Positions 17,307 to 25,537 of a stretch of DNA of 64,000 nt are shown here, piece by piece (position 1 is the first letter of the stretch; the number at the start of each line of letters is the position of its first letter). Location: contig CAVJLK010000003.1 of the NCBI GenBank assembly GCA_963650175.1, positions 8,465 to 72,464 of the forward strand. Reading direction: 5' to 3'. This DNA is from Ruminococcus sp. CAG:579. Lineage in GTDB: Archaea; Thermoplasmatota; Thermoplasmata; Methanomassiliicoccales; Methanomethylophilaceae. Made by a program: the position numbers and the translations under genes. Under the pieces are notes generated by a model. The model was not told where the DNA came from, did no database searches, and worked only from the letters and a program-made list of their open reading frames with translations.

Positions 17307-18473
17307 TCACGGCGTATGCCGGTCGGATTTGAGCTTGTTGACGAAGTCCCTCATCTCTTCTTCGGAGATCCAATCCGATTCCGACTTGACGGAATCCAAT
17401 CCCACTTGGAACTCCGCTTCGAGAAATTCGTACGCATCATCATCCAATACGACTTCAGACCCCTGATTTCGCCAATGTTCGGACAGGTCGTACGTCAAAT
17501 CGCACCTGCCGTCCGAATAATCGAACCTGGCCTTGGCGCCGTTTATGAACAGCATCCTTGGAGCCTTGTGGCCCACATCCGCATCGAACAGCATCGGGAT
17601 CCCCTCGACCTCCGATGCGACGGCCTCGTCGTACGGCGCCCCGTTATAGAACAGAGGCCTCCCGAACACGATGCCCGTGCATCCCTCCAGCCATCCGCGC
17701 TCCTTCATGGCCCTCAGCGTCCAGCGCACGCGCTCGTCGGTCATGTCGAACGTCTCCAGATACCAGACGATCCCGTCGTCCGTATATCTGTCCACGAAGG
17801 GCTTCGCATCGGCGGTGCCCTTCCCGAGGAACCATTCGACCACGTCCATGCACCCGCCGATGAGCCTCCCCCCGAACGACACGTCGCCGAAGTTGGACTT
17901 CCAGACGGTCTCGGCATCCTCCGGGAAGGGCTCCAGTCCGGTCACGCGGTCGGCGAAGCCGTCCGCGTGTCTCTCGAACGATGATTGCGACGTCCTGGAA
18001 CCCTCCAGGATCTCCAGCCCCTCCTCCACGCTCCTGTGCAGCGGTTCCATCCCGAAGTCGTTGAAGTTCCCTCCGTAGACGGTCGCGATGTCGTGCTCCG
18101 CAGTGATCTTGAACAGGAGGACGGTGTTGTCCGAATACCCCTGGATCCACTTCGGATTGCTCTCGATCTTCCCCCAATCCATCAGAGGGAGCATCTCGCA
18201 CTCGTAGTCCCCTCCGGATATCGCGTATACCGCGGCGACGGATTGATCGCACAGCAGGGACTCCAGCTCGGCGACCCTCTGCTCCGCCGGACAGCTCCTG
18301 CCGTCCTCGTCGCACATGAACGTCCCCGGCGTGGCCTCCACGCCGTACCCCCTCGCCTCCATCCTCCCTTTGGCGTGCTGGAACCTGCGTAGGTTGGTCT
18401 CCTCGGTTATGCCCGCGGAGGGCGCGGTGACGCCTATCGTATCGCCTTTCTTCAGGAAGCGGGGGATGATCAT
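17307..18473 (-). CDS. Peptidase S66 family protein (LD-carboxypeptidase / MccF-like) with a ~60-aa C-terminal extension
   Basis: The N-terminus LKKGDTIGVTAPS, GYSDNT (nucleophile Ser region) and DADVGHK fit the S66 Ser-Glu-His signature. Confidence 0.8.
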   Translation of the reverse strand: MIIPRFLKKGDTIGVTAPSAGITEETNLRRFQHAKGRMEARGYGVEATPGTFMCDEDGRSCPAEQRVAELESLLCDQSVAAVYAISGGDYECEMLPLMDWGKIESNPKWIQGYSDNTVLLFKITAEHDIATVYGGNFNDFGMEPLHRSVEEGLEILEGSRTSQSSFERHADGFADRVTGLEPFPEDAETVWKSNFGDVSFGGRLIGGCMDVVEWFLGKGTADAKPFVDRYTDDGIVWYLETFDMTDERVRWTLRAMKERGWLEGCTGIVFGRPLFYNGAPYDEAVASEVEGIPMLFDADVGHKAPRMLFINGAKARFDYSDGRCDLTYDLSEHWRNQGSEVVLDDDAYEFLEAEFQVGLDSVKSESDWISEEEMRDFVNKLKSDRHTP

Positions 18474-18524
18474 GCGGATGGAATCTCCCTCAAAGATAAA
18501 ATCAAACTGGCCGTTCGGTCGCTC

Positions 18525-19016
18525 ATGGGAATCCTATCAGACAGGGACATCGTCGAGAGCCTGATGACCGGCTACCTCGGCATCAGCGACTACAGCGAGA
18601 AGAGCCTGACGCCGAACGGATACGACCTGAGGGTCGCGGAGATCTCCATCCGCGGGGACCCCGATGTCAAGAAGGAGGGCGTGGTGCGCATCCCGCCCAG
18701 GACCATGTTCTACGTCTCCACCGTCGAGAGGGTGAGGATGGCGTCCGACATCTGCGCCCAGCTCTGGATGAGGACCACATGGATCAGGAAGGGCTGCATC
18801 GGGGCGTTCGGGAAGATCGACGCGGGGTTCGAGGGGACCCTGACGCTCGGGGCGTACAACGCGTCCGACGACTATGTGGAGATCCCCATCGGCGAGAGGT
18901 TCTGCCAGATGGTTTTCGAGACCCTCAACTCCGAGACGATCAAGGACTACTCCCAGAGGAGCGGCCACTACCAGGGCCAGACCGGCGTAACGCTGGATCC
19001 TCTGAAGAAGGACTGA
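18525..19016 (+). CDS. dcd: dCTP deaminase / dUTPase-fold protein
   Basis: 163 aa. LTPNGYDLRV, IDAGFEGTLTL and SGHYQGQ motifs. Confidence 0.85.
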   Translation: MGILSDRDIVESLMTGYLGISDYSEKSLTPNGYDLRVAEISIRGDPDVKKEGVVRIPPRTMFYVSTVERVRMASDICAQLWMRTTWIRKGCIGAFGKIDAGFEGTLTLGAYNASDDYVEIPIGERFCQMVFETLNSETIKDYSQRSGHYQGQTGVTLDPLKKD

Positions 19017-19025
19017 ACCCATTTC

Positions 19026-19058
19026 CGCCCCGGAAGGGGCGTCTTCTGTACTTTTGTT
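19026..19058 (+). terminator. Hairpin plus T-rich tract after dcd
   Basis: CGCCCC-GGAA-GGGGCG (6-bp stem, GNRA loop), followed by TCTTCTGTACTTTTGTT. Confidence 0.5.
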
Positions 19059-19248
19059 CCAACCGTGTGCTGTGCTGTCATGGCTCATGCGCCATCGAAC
19101 CGTCATAAGGAATGATGTATGATAATCCTTACGGGTCATCGGATGTTCACAGACAGCAAATGATAAATACGTCATCGTTTTGAACGGACTCCGCGGCCTT
19201 GATGGCCGAGGAGTGTGAGAGAGAACGGTATTCATCAAGTACCAGCAT

Positions 19249-20166
19249 GTGGAAAGCATCGACTCGGACGAGGCCGGAGGGCTCCTTGAGGGGACCTGCC
19301 ACGTCTTCCCGAAACTGGACGGGTCGAACATGTGCGCCTACCTCGAGGACGGGGAGATGCGCACCATGAGCAGGAACCAGGAGATCTCCGAACCCGCGCC
19401 CTTCGCGGTGTACGCGAAGGAGCACGGCGGGATCGAGAGCTTCCTGAAGACGTTCCCGGGACTCCGCCTGTACGGCGAGTGGATGGTGCCCCACACCATC
19501 CGCAGCTACGTCGGGGAAGCGTGGAACAAGTGGTACGTCTTCGACGTGACCGCCGAGGACCCCGAGGCGTCGTACGAGTACGAGGCCGGCGGCGAGACGA
19601 GGAGGCTGGACGTCGCCGGGAGGCAGTACCTGCCGTACGAGGTGTACAAGCCCCTCCTGGACATGTTCGGGATCCTGTCGATCCCCCCGATCGCCGTGGT
19701 GGAGAACCCCACCGTAGAGCAGCTCGGAAGGATGGCGGATGAGGAAGCGACGTTCCTGATGGCCGAAGGCAGCGGGGAGGGCATCGTGGTGAAGAGGTAC
19801 GGCTTCGTCAACAGGTTCGGCAGGACCGAGTGGGCGAAGGTGCGCAACGCCAGGTTCTGCAAGATCCGCATCGCCAGGACCGACAGGGGCGAGGGCTCCG
19901 TGGAGCGGAACATGGCGGACCGCTACGTGACCCCCGACCTGGTCAACAAGGAGTACGAGAAGATCCTGGAGCTGGAGACGGAGAGGGGGAGCATCCCGAA
20001 GAGGCTCCTGAGCACGGTCTACCACTGCGTGGTGACCGAATGCATGTGGGACGCCGTCAAGAGGTTCGGGAGCCCCACGGTGGACTTCAAGGCCCTCCGC
20101 AGGGAGTGCGAGGCGGCCGTGAAGGAGGCCAGGCCGGAGGTCTTCGGCCTCAGGCTGGCTGAATGA
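19249..20166 (+). CDS. ATP-dependent RNA ligase (nucleotidyltransferase superfamily, PF09414-like)
   Basis: Motif I FPKLDGSN (adenylated Lys), motif III YGEW, motif IV EGIVVK and motif V WAKVR. The start is GTG at 19249, because an in-frame TGA lies at 19216. Confidence 0.75.
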   Translation: MESIDSDEAGGLLEGTCHVFPKLDGSNMCAYLEDGEMRTMSRNQEISEPAPFAVYAKEHGGIESFLKTFPGLRLYGEWMVPHTIRSYVGEAWNKWYVFDVTAEDPEASYEYEAGGETRRLDVAGRQYLPYEVYKPLLDMFGILSIPPIAVVENPTVEQLGRMADEEATFLMAEGSGEGIVVKRYGFVNRFGRTEWAKVRNARFCKIRIARTDRGEGSVERNMADRYVTPDLVNKEYEKILELETERGSIPKRLLSTVYHCVVTECMWDAVKRFGSPTVDFKALRRECEAAVKEARPEVFGLRLAE

Positions 20167-21826
20167 GACCCGGAGCGGGCGTTATGGAACGCTGCGCCCG
20201 CCGAGGGGGAAACGTCTTACGGCAGTGGGGAAGGCCTGCCGACACTTGATTATCCCATGCGGTCATCCCGAAGGCATGGTGAAGGTCTGGAGCGACGGGA
20301 GGACCAGGTGCTCCTGGGCGAACCCGTCGAACCCCAGGTACGTCGAGTACCACGATTCGGAGTGGGGCGTCCCGGTGCACGACGACGGGAAGCTGTACGA
20401 GATGCTCCTGCTGGAGTGCTTCCAGGCCGGACTGTCGTGGGAGTGCGTTCTGAACAAGCGGGACGCGTTCCGGGAGGCGTTCGACGGCTTCGATCCCGTC
20501 AGGATCGCGTCGTACGGCGAGGACGACGTCGCCAGACTGATGTCGGACCCCGGGATCGTCAGGAACCGCGCGAAGATCGTCACCACCGTCGAGAACGCGA
20601 AGGCGTTCCTGTCGATACGGGAGGAGTTCGGATCGTTCTCGGACTACCTGTGGAAATGGACGGATGGAACGGTGGTCGAAGAGAACGACGTCACCAGGAG
20701 CCCGTTGTCCGATGCGGTGTCGGACGATCTGAAGGAGCGCGGGATGAGATTCGTCGGATCGGTGACGGTGTACTCGTACCTCCAGGCGGTCGGAGTCATC
20801 CGGTCGCACCAGCCGGGGTGCTTCCTCTGCTCGCAGAAGATGCACGTCGATCGAGTAGACGCTCATGGTCGGCGAGTAGGTCTTGAGCTCGAAGGTGTCC
20901 ATCGAGACGGAATGCCCCGCCTCGGCGGACATGGCGGCCATCTCCTCACAGAGACGGGGGAAATCCTCCCTCTCGATGATCTTGTACATGTGGACGGTCC
21001 CGCCGCGGTTCAGATGATCCAATGCCAGCGGGAGGAACCTGTCGGCGATCTGCGGGAGGTTCATGACGATCCTGTCCGCCTTCGGGAGCGTCGGAACGAC
21101 GTCGTTGGCGTCGCCGGTTATGGGGACCAACGCATCCGCATGGTTGTCCCTGCGGTTCATGACCGCGAAGTGCTCCGCATCCGGATTCAGATCGATGGAA
21201 TAGACGACCGAGGGTTCGGCGAACCTGCACATCTGGATCCCGAAGGGGGCCACGCCGGCGAACATGTCGATGACGACCTCCCCGTCCTTAACCTGCGAAG
21301 CGACGCGGTGCCTCTCGCCGGCGAGCCTGGGATTGAAGTAGACCCTGGCGGGGTCGGTGTGCATCCGGGCGCCGAACTCCCTGTGGACGGTCTCGGAAGG
21401 CCCCTCCCCGGCCATCAATTCGAGGTCCCTGACCCTCAGGTCGCCCTTGACGCCGGAATCGGAGAACACGCAACGCAGGCTCCTGTTGGCGCGCATCATG
21501 GCCTCGCCGATCTCTTTGCGATAGGCGGAGAGCTCGTCGGGGACCTTGATCATCCCCACGTCGCCGACCACATCGAACGATATCGGGAGCAGCTCGGACA
21601 GCCCGTCCGGAAGATCGAGGAGATGCCTGTAGTCGCCCACGGGGCGGTCCTGCGGACGCAGCTCGCCCTCCTCGCACTCGAACCCCTCGACCGGGATCAG
21701 AACAGGCATCAGGAGCGAATCTCCGTCGCTGCCGATCCTGAACGACGCATCCAGGACCCCCTCTTCGAGCAGCCTCGTCCTGACGGATTCGCCGTCGCGC
21801 TTGGGGACCCTGATGCATCTGACCAT
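20150..21826 (-). CDS. trm5: tRNA (guanine37-N1)-methyltransferase Trm5/Taw22-like. The recognisable domain is ~20850..21826, but the ORF stays open to 20150.
   Basis: Starts at MVRCIRVPKRDGESV. The FDVVGDV, VIDMFAGVAPFGI (SAM motif I) and MNLP motifs fit Trm5. The tail lies antisense to tag. Confidence 0.7.
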   Translation of the reverse strand: MVRCIRVPKRDGESVRTRLLEEGVLDASFRIGSDGDSLLMPVLIPVEGFECEEGELRPQDRPVGDYRHLLDLPDGLSELLPISFDVVGDVGMIKVPDELSAYRKEIGEAMMRANRSLRCVFSDSGVKGDLRVRDLELMAGEGPSETVHREFGARMHTDPARVYFNPRLAGERHRVASQVKDGEVVIDMFAGVAPFGIQMCRFAEPSVVYSIDLNPDAEHFAVMNRRDNHADALVPITGDANDVVPTLPKADRIVMNLPQIADRFLPLALDHLNRGGTVHMYKIIEREDFPRLCEEMAAMSAEAGHSVSMDTFELKTYSPTMSVYSIDVHLLRAEEAPRLVRPDDSDRLEVRVHRHRSDESHPALLQIVRHRIGQRAPGDVVLFDHRSIRPFPQVVRERSELLPYRQERLRVLDGGDDLRAVPDDPGVRHQSGDVVLAVRRDPDGIEAVERLPERVPLVQNALPRQSGLEALQQEHLVQLPVVVHRDAPLRIVVLDVPGVRRVRPGAPGPPVAPDLHHAFGMTAWDNQVSAGLPHCRKTFPPRRAQRSITPAPGLIQPA

Positions 21827-21853
21827 GAGCGGATGATGCGCGACCCTGTTTAA
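20276..21853 (+). CDS. tag: DNA-3-methyladenine glycosylase I (Tag). The recognisable domain ends near 20850, but the ORF stays open to 21853.
   Basis: RCSWANPSNPRYVEYHDSEWGVP, FQAGLSWECVL and YSYLQAVGVIRSHQPGCF match Tag end to end. The remaining ~330 aa have shadow-ORF composition and lie antisense to trm5. Confidence 0.7.
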   Translation: MVKVWSDGRTRCSWANPSNPRYVEYHDSEWGVPVHDDGKLYEMLLLECFQAGLSWECVLNKRDAFREAFDGFDPVRIASYGEDDVARLMSDPGIVRNRAKIVTTVENAKAFLSIREEFGSFSDYLWKWTDGTVVEENDVTRSPLSDAVSDDLKERGMRFVGSVTVYSYLQAVGVIRSHQPGCFLCSQKMHVDRVDAHGRRVGLELEGVHRDGMPRLGGHGGHLLTETGEILPLDDLVHVDGPAAVQMIQCQREEPVGDLREVHDDPVRLRERRNDVVGVAGYGDQRIRMVVPAVHDREVLRIRIQIDGIDDRGFGEPAHLDPEGGHAGEHVDDDLPVLNLRSDAVPLAGEPGIEVDPGGVGVHPGAELPVDGLGRPLPGHQFEVPDPQVALDAGIGEHATQAPVGAHHGLADLFAIGGELVGDLDHPHVADHIERYREQLGQPVRKIEEMPVVAHGAVLRTQLALLALEPLDRDQNRHQERISVAADPERRIQDPLFEQPRPDGFAVALGDPDASDHERMMRDPV

Positions 21854-22674
21854 ATGGTGCCGTGCTGCATCCTGTGCCTCTTGGGCAGGACGTACAGCTC
21901 GCCGTCGTCGTCGAATCCGACCGAAGCATCCACATCGTACACGTCGCGGATGAGCTCCGGGGTGATGACCTCCTTCGGCTGGCCGATAGCGACGATCTCG
22001 CCCTTCTTCATGATGATGCACAGGTCGCAGTACCTCGCCATCAGAGAGATGTCGTGCTCCGCCACGAGGATGGTCATGTCCTTCTTGACCATGGCGTTGA
22101 GGTACTCCATCACATCCAGCTTGTACTTCATGTCCAGGTGCGATGTCGGTTCATCGACGAGCATCAATCTCGGTTCCTGCACGTACGCCTTGGCGATCAG
22201 CACCCTCTGCATCTCCCCGGAGGAGAGCATGTTGAGCTGACGGTCCTGGAGATGGAACACGCCGAACTTCTTCAGCGCGTCCTCCACCACCGACTCGTCG
22301 TCCTCGGTCTCCCACCAGACGTTCTTCAGATACGGGTACCTGCCGAGCATGACCGTCTCGAACACGGTCAACCCGAAGCTGTTCCTAAGCTCGGCCGGCA
22401 CGGTGGAGACGATCTTCGCGATCTCGGACGGAGTCTTCTTCAGAACCGACTCCCCGTCCACCAGGATGTCCCCGGAGGATGCGTCGTGCATCCTGTTGAT
22501 GCACTTCATCATGGTCGACTTCCCGCATCCGTTGGGTCCGATCAGACCGACGAGCATGCCGGGAGGGATCGAGTACGACACGCCGCGGACAGCGTGGTAC
22601 CCGTCGTCGTAGTACTTGTTGAGGTCCCTGACCTCCAGCAGAGGGGTCCCCTCGGGGACGTTGATCTCATCCAT
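21850..22674 (-). CDS. ABC transporter ATPase, BtuD/FepC (iron-siderophore/cobalamin) type
   Basis: Walker A GPNGCGKST, signature LSSGEMQR and Walker B LMLVDEPTSHLD. It overlaps the permease stop by 8 nt. Confidence 0.9.
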   Translation of the reverse strand: MDEINVPEGTPLLEVRDLNKYYDDGYHAVRGVSYSIPPGMLVGLIGPNGCGKSTMMKCINRMHDASSGDILVDGESVLKKTPSEIAKIVSTVPAELRNSFGLTVFETVMLGRYPYLKNVWWETEDDESVVEDALKKFGVFHLQDRQLNMLSSGEMQRVLIAKAYVQEPRLMLVDEPTSHLDMKYKLDVMEYLNAMVKKDMTILVAEHDISLMARYCDLCIIMKKGEIVAIGQPKEVITPELIRDVYDVDASVGFDDDGELYVLPKRHRMQHGTI

Positions 22675-25537
22675 CGTACATCCTCCCCTTCCTGATCAGG
22701 AGATAAGCGAACAGCGGAGCGCCTATGATCGTGGTGATGGCGCCCACCGGAAGCTCCAGAGGCACCATGACCATCTTCGCGAACAGATCGGCCGCCATCA
22801 TCAGCACCCCTCCGATCATCATCGAGGCTGGCAGCACCAGCCTGTGGTCGCCTCCGAGTATCATGCGGCACAGGTGCGGCACGACCAATCCGACGAACCC
22901 GATGATCCCGACGAAGGCCACGCACACCGATGCGAGGACGGACGCGAGGATGAGCATCCACCTGTTGAACCTGCGGACATCCAGACCCATCTGGCGGGCC
23001 TGGTCCTCGCCCAGGAGGACGAGGTTGAACTCCTTCGCCCACACCAGGGACACAAGGGACATCGCCACGGCCGGGATGGCCATGAGGATCGTCTGGCTCC
23101 AGGTTATGTTCGCGAAGGATCCGAACAGCCATGCCATGGCGTCGTTGAGCTTGCTCCCCGCCATGCTCAGCATGAGCGTCTGGAACGCGGAGAACACCAG
23201 TCCTACGATGATACCCGCGAGGACGTAGTTGATGGACGACCCTCCGGCCTTCTCGGCCAGGAGCATCGTGAAACCGAAGGCGATGAGACCTCCGACCATG
23301 GCCACCACCGGCGTCGCGTACGTGACGTCGGTGAAGAGGCCGAAAAAAGTGAAATTGAAAGCGATTGTCGCAACGGCGGCCACGCCGGCGCCCGCGGACA
23401 CGCCCATGATGTACGGGTCGACCATCGGATTGCGGATGATGGCCTGGTAGATCCCCCCGGCGACGGACAATCCGATTCCTACCGCAAAAGCGGCCACGGC
23501 GCGGGCGCACCTGGAATCGAAGACGATGGTCTCGTCGTAGGTCAGCGCATCCCCGCCCATCGCCTTGCCTATGGCAGACTTGAGGGTGGATAGCGTCTCC
23601 CCGAGCCCGTAGGTCCCCGACGGACCAACCGCCAGACTCAGGACGAACACCGCGAACGCAAGGATCGCGCCGATGATCAGGACGATGGCGAGACGACGCT
23701 TGTTGCGCTTGACCTTCGATCCCCCCTGGGGTCCGGAGAAGCGCTTGAGACTGGTGTTCACATACGCGAGGAACGGCATCCCCGATGCGCGCCAGCGAGT
23801 CAAGAAGATGGCTATCAGCACGATGAGGACGATGACTACGATCGCACCCAGCACGAGGCCGATGTTGATGTCCGATCCGCCTCCGCCCCCCGATGGGTCG
23901 GGATCCTTCGCGGATATCGCCCCGGAATAGGCGAACACTCCGCCGTCCGTTCCGAGATACAGCATCCCGTCTATCACGACGACGGGCGACATGCAGTACT
24001 GCTGTACCGCCTCGGGCTGGACGAAGGAACCCAAGAGATTCCCGTCCAGATCGAACATGAGGATCCTCCCGCCCCTGTCGTACTCTGCGACGATGAGCCT
24101 GTCCCCGTTGATCGTGGATATCGGCCCCTTGAAGGACTCGTATCCCGACGACAGGGTCTCCGACGCTCCCCCGACGGACATCCGCTTCAGCGAATCGGAA
24201 TTCATGTAGTACACGCCGGAGAACCCGTCGGTGACGATCGGGTTGACGTAGTTGCCGGTCAGCCCCGTCTCCTGCTTGAAGACCTCCTCGAACTTCCCGT
24301 CCGCAAGCCTGTATCCGGCAATCCCTCCGCGCATGGAATTCATGCCCTGGCCGTCGGAGAACGACAGCATCAGCACATCCCCCACGATCGAGGGCACGTT
24401 GGCGGAGCCGTAGAACTTCTCCTCGCCCGATACGGTCTTCGATATCTGGAAAACCGTGACGGCATCGACCATGTCCCCGGTGCCCCTGTCCATGGCGTAG
24501 AGGACGCCGTCGAGGGCGCCCATCAGAACGTATCCCCCGTAGACGGTCGGGGCGTTGTAGTACACCGAACCGCCGATCTGAGTCTTCCAGATCACATTGA
24601 GATCGGTGTCGATGCACCAGACGTACCCGGTGTTGCCGCCGAAGTAGATGACGCCGGAATCGTAGATCATGGTGGACGGTCCGGTCGAATAGAACATCCC
24701 CGTCAGGGTATGGTCCCTGGTCGTCGGGACGTCGAGGACCTTCACCTCGGAATCGTTCTCGCCGGGACCCGACAGCGGGATCCTGTAGACATGCCCGTTC
24801 GTGGCCGGGAGGAAGTAGTACCCTCCCGCGATAACGCCCGTGGCCGTCTCGTATCCTGCGCCCTTGGGATAATCGAAATGCCATATCTCCTCCCCCGTGA
24901 TGCGGTCGTAGCAGTAGAGCGCGGGGTCCGGCATGGATCCGGTGTACCCGCCTCCGGCGACCACGTACACGCGGTTCCCTTCCACGAGGGTGACCGCGTT
25001 GACGTAGTTGGGGTTCCCGTAGCTGTGGGTCCAGGCCGTGGATCCCTTCTCCGTCGACAGGACCGCGTCCTGCATCCCGGAATTGGAGGAGTCCCCGCGG
25101 ACCATGATCCACGAGGAGCTGTGATCGGGGGTCTCGACCGGGAGGATCCCCTCGGGATAGAACCCCAATGCGAGGGACCCGCCGGAATATGCGGACGAAG
25201 TGTCGAGCGTGCCCGTGACGTCGGTCCAAGCCCCATCGGTCCATGAATAGAGGCGCCAGGAGGAGGCGACCGTTCCCGTCGTCCTCTCCGAGAGACCGTC
25301 GACGGTGATTTCCGACCCCATGGCGAGTTCGGATCCTGCGCCCTTCACGGCCGACGTCAGAACATCGGCGACGGTCGTTCCCGAAGGGGAGGACCACGAG
25401 GTGTGGCCGTCCCCGCGATCTATGAGCACGCCGTCCCCTTCGGGATCGGCGCCGGATGAGTCGAACGCCGCGATGGACGATACGACCAGCAGCGACAATA
25501 CTATCAGAACAGTCCAGTTGACGCGGTTCGTCAGAAT
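22667..25537 (-). CDS. Fusion protein: signal anchor + DUF4430-like domain + PQQ-like beta-propeller + FecCD/BtuC-type ABC permease
   Basis: This is the C-terminal ~955 aa of track ORF 22667..26683. The N-terminus is RRILTNRVNWTVLIVLSLLVVSS. Propeller-type repeats follow (YCYDRITGEEIWHF, VWCIDTDLNVIWKTQ, LYAMDRGTGDMV). After a GGGGG linker there is a full 10-TM FecCD permease (RNPMVDPYIMGVSAGAG...TTIIGAPLFAYLL). The start codon is uncertain: there is no ATG or GTG, and the only in-frame TTG (25498) lies inside the anchor. Confidence 0.75.
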   Translation of the reverse strand: MLTNRVNWTVLIVLSLLVVSSIAAFDSSGADPEGDGVLIDRGDGHTSWSSPSGTTVADVLTSAVKGAGSELAMGSEITVDGLSERTTGTVASSWRLYSWTDGAWTDVTGTLDTSSAYSGGSLALGFYPEGILPVETPDHSSSWIMVRGDSSNSGMQDAVLSTEKGSTAWTHSYGNPNYVNAVTLVEGNRVYVVAGGGYTGSMPDPALYCYDRITGEEIWHFDYPKGAGYETATGVIAGGYYFLPATNGHVYRIPLSGPGENDSEVKVLDVPTTRDHTLTGMFYSTGPSTMIYDSGVIYFGGNTGYVWCIDTDLNVIWKTQIGGSVYYNAPTVYGGYVLMGALDGVLYAMDRGTGDMVDAVTVFQISKTVSGEEKFYGSANVPSIVGDVLMLSFSDGQGMNSMRGGIAGYRLADGKFEEVFKQETGLTGNYVNPIVTDGFSGVYYMNSDSLKRMSVGGASETLSSGYESFKGPISTINGDRLIVAEYDRGGRILMFDLDGNLLGSFVQPEAVQQYCMSPVVVIDGMLYLGTDGGVFAYSGAISAKDPDPSGGGGGSDINIGLVLGAIVVIVLIVLIAIFLTRWRASGMPFLAYVNTSLKRFSGPQGGSKVKRNKRRLAIVLIIGAILAFAVFVLSLAVGPSGTYGLGETLSTLKSAIGKAMGGDALTYDETIVFDSRCARAVAAFAVGIGLSVAGGIYQAIIRNPMVDPYIMGVSAGAGVAAVATIAFNFTFFGLFTDVTYATPVVAMVGGLIAFGFTMLLAEKAGGSSINYVLAGIIVGLVFSAFQTLMLSMAGSKLNDAMAWLFGSFANITWSQTILMAIPAVAMSLVSLVWAKEFNLVLLGEDQARQMGLDVRRFNRWMLILASVLASVCVAFVGIIGFVGLVVPHLCRMILGGDHRLVLPASMMIGGVLMMAADLFAKMVMVPLELPVGAITTIIGAPLFAYLLIRKGRMYDG

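Noticed and set aside
16237-19248. Integrated element bounded by tRNA-Leu
   Set aside because: I found no integrase gene and no direct repeat of the tRNA 3' end downstream. Only the lower apparent GC and the accessory-type genes support the idea.
22542-25397. Very long alternative-frame or antisense ORFs inside real genes. Examples: 22542..25397, 28621..30903, 28658..30013, 45338..47236, 57078..58652, 57089..58882, 1254..2249, 2430..3767, 53877..55937 upstream part.
   Set aside because: Each overlaps a gene with clear family motifs in another frame and has low-complexity Arg/Gly/Pro/His-rich sequence. These are GC-rich shadow ORFs.
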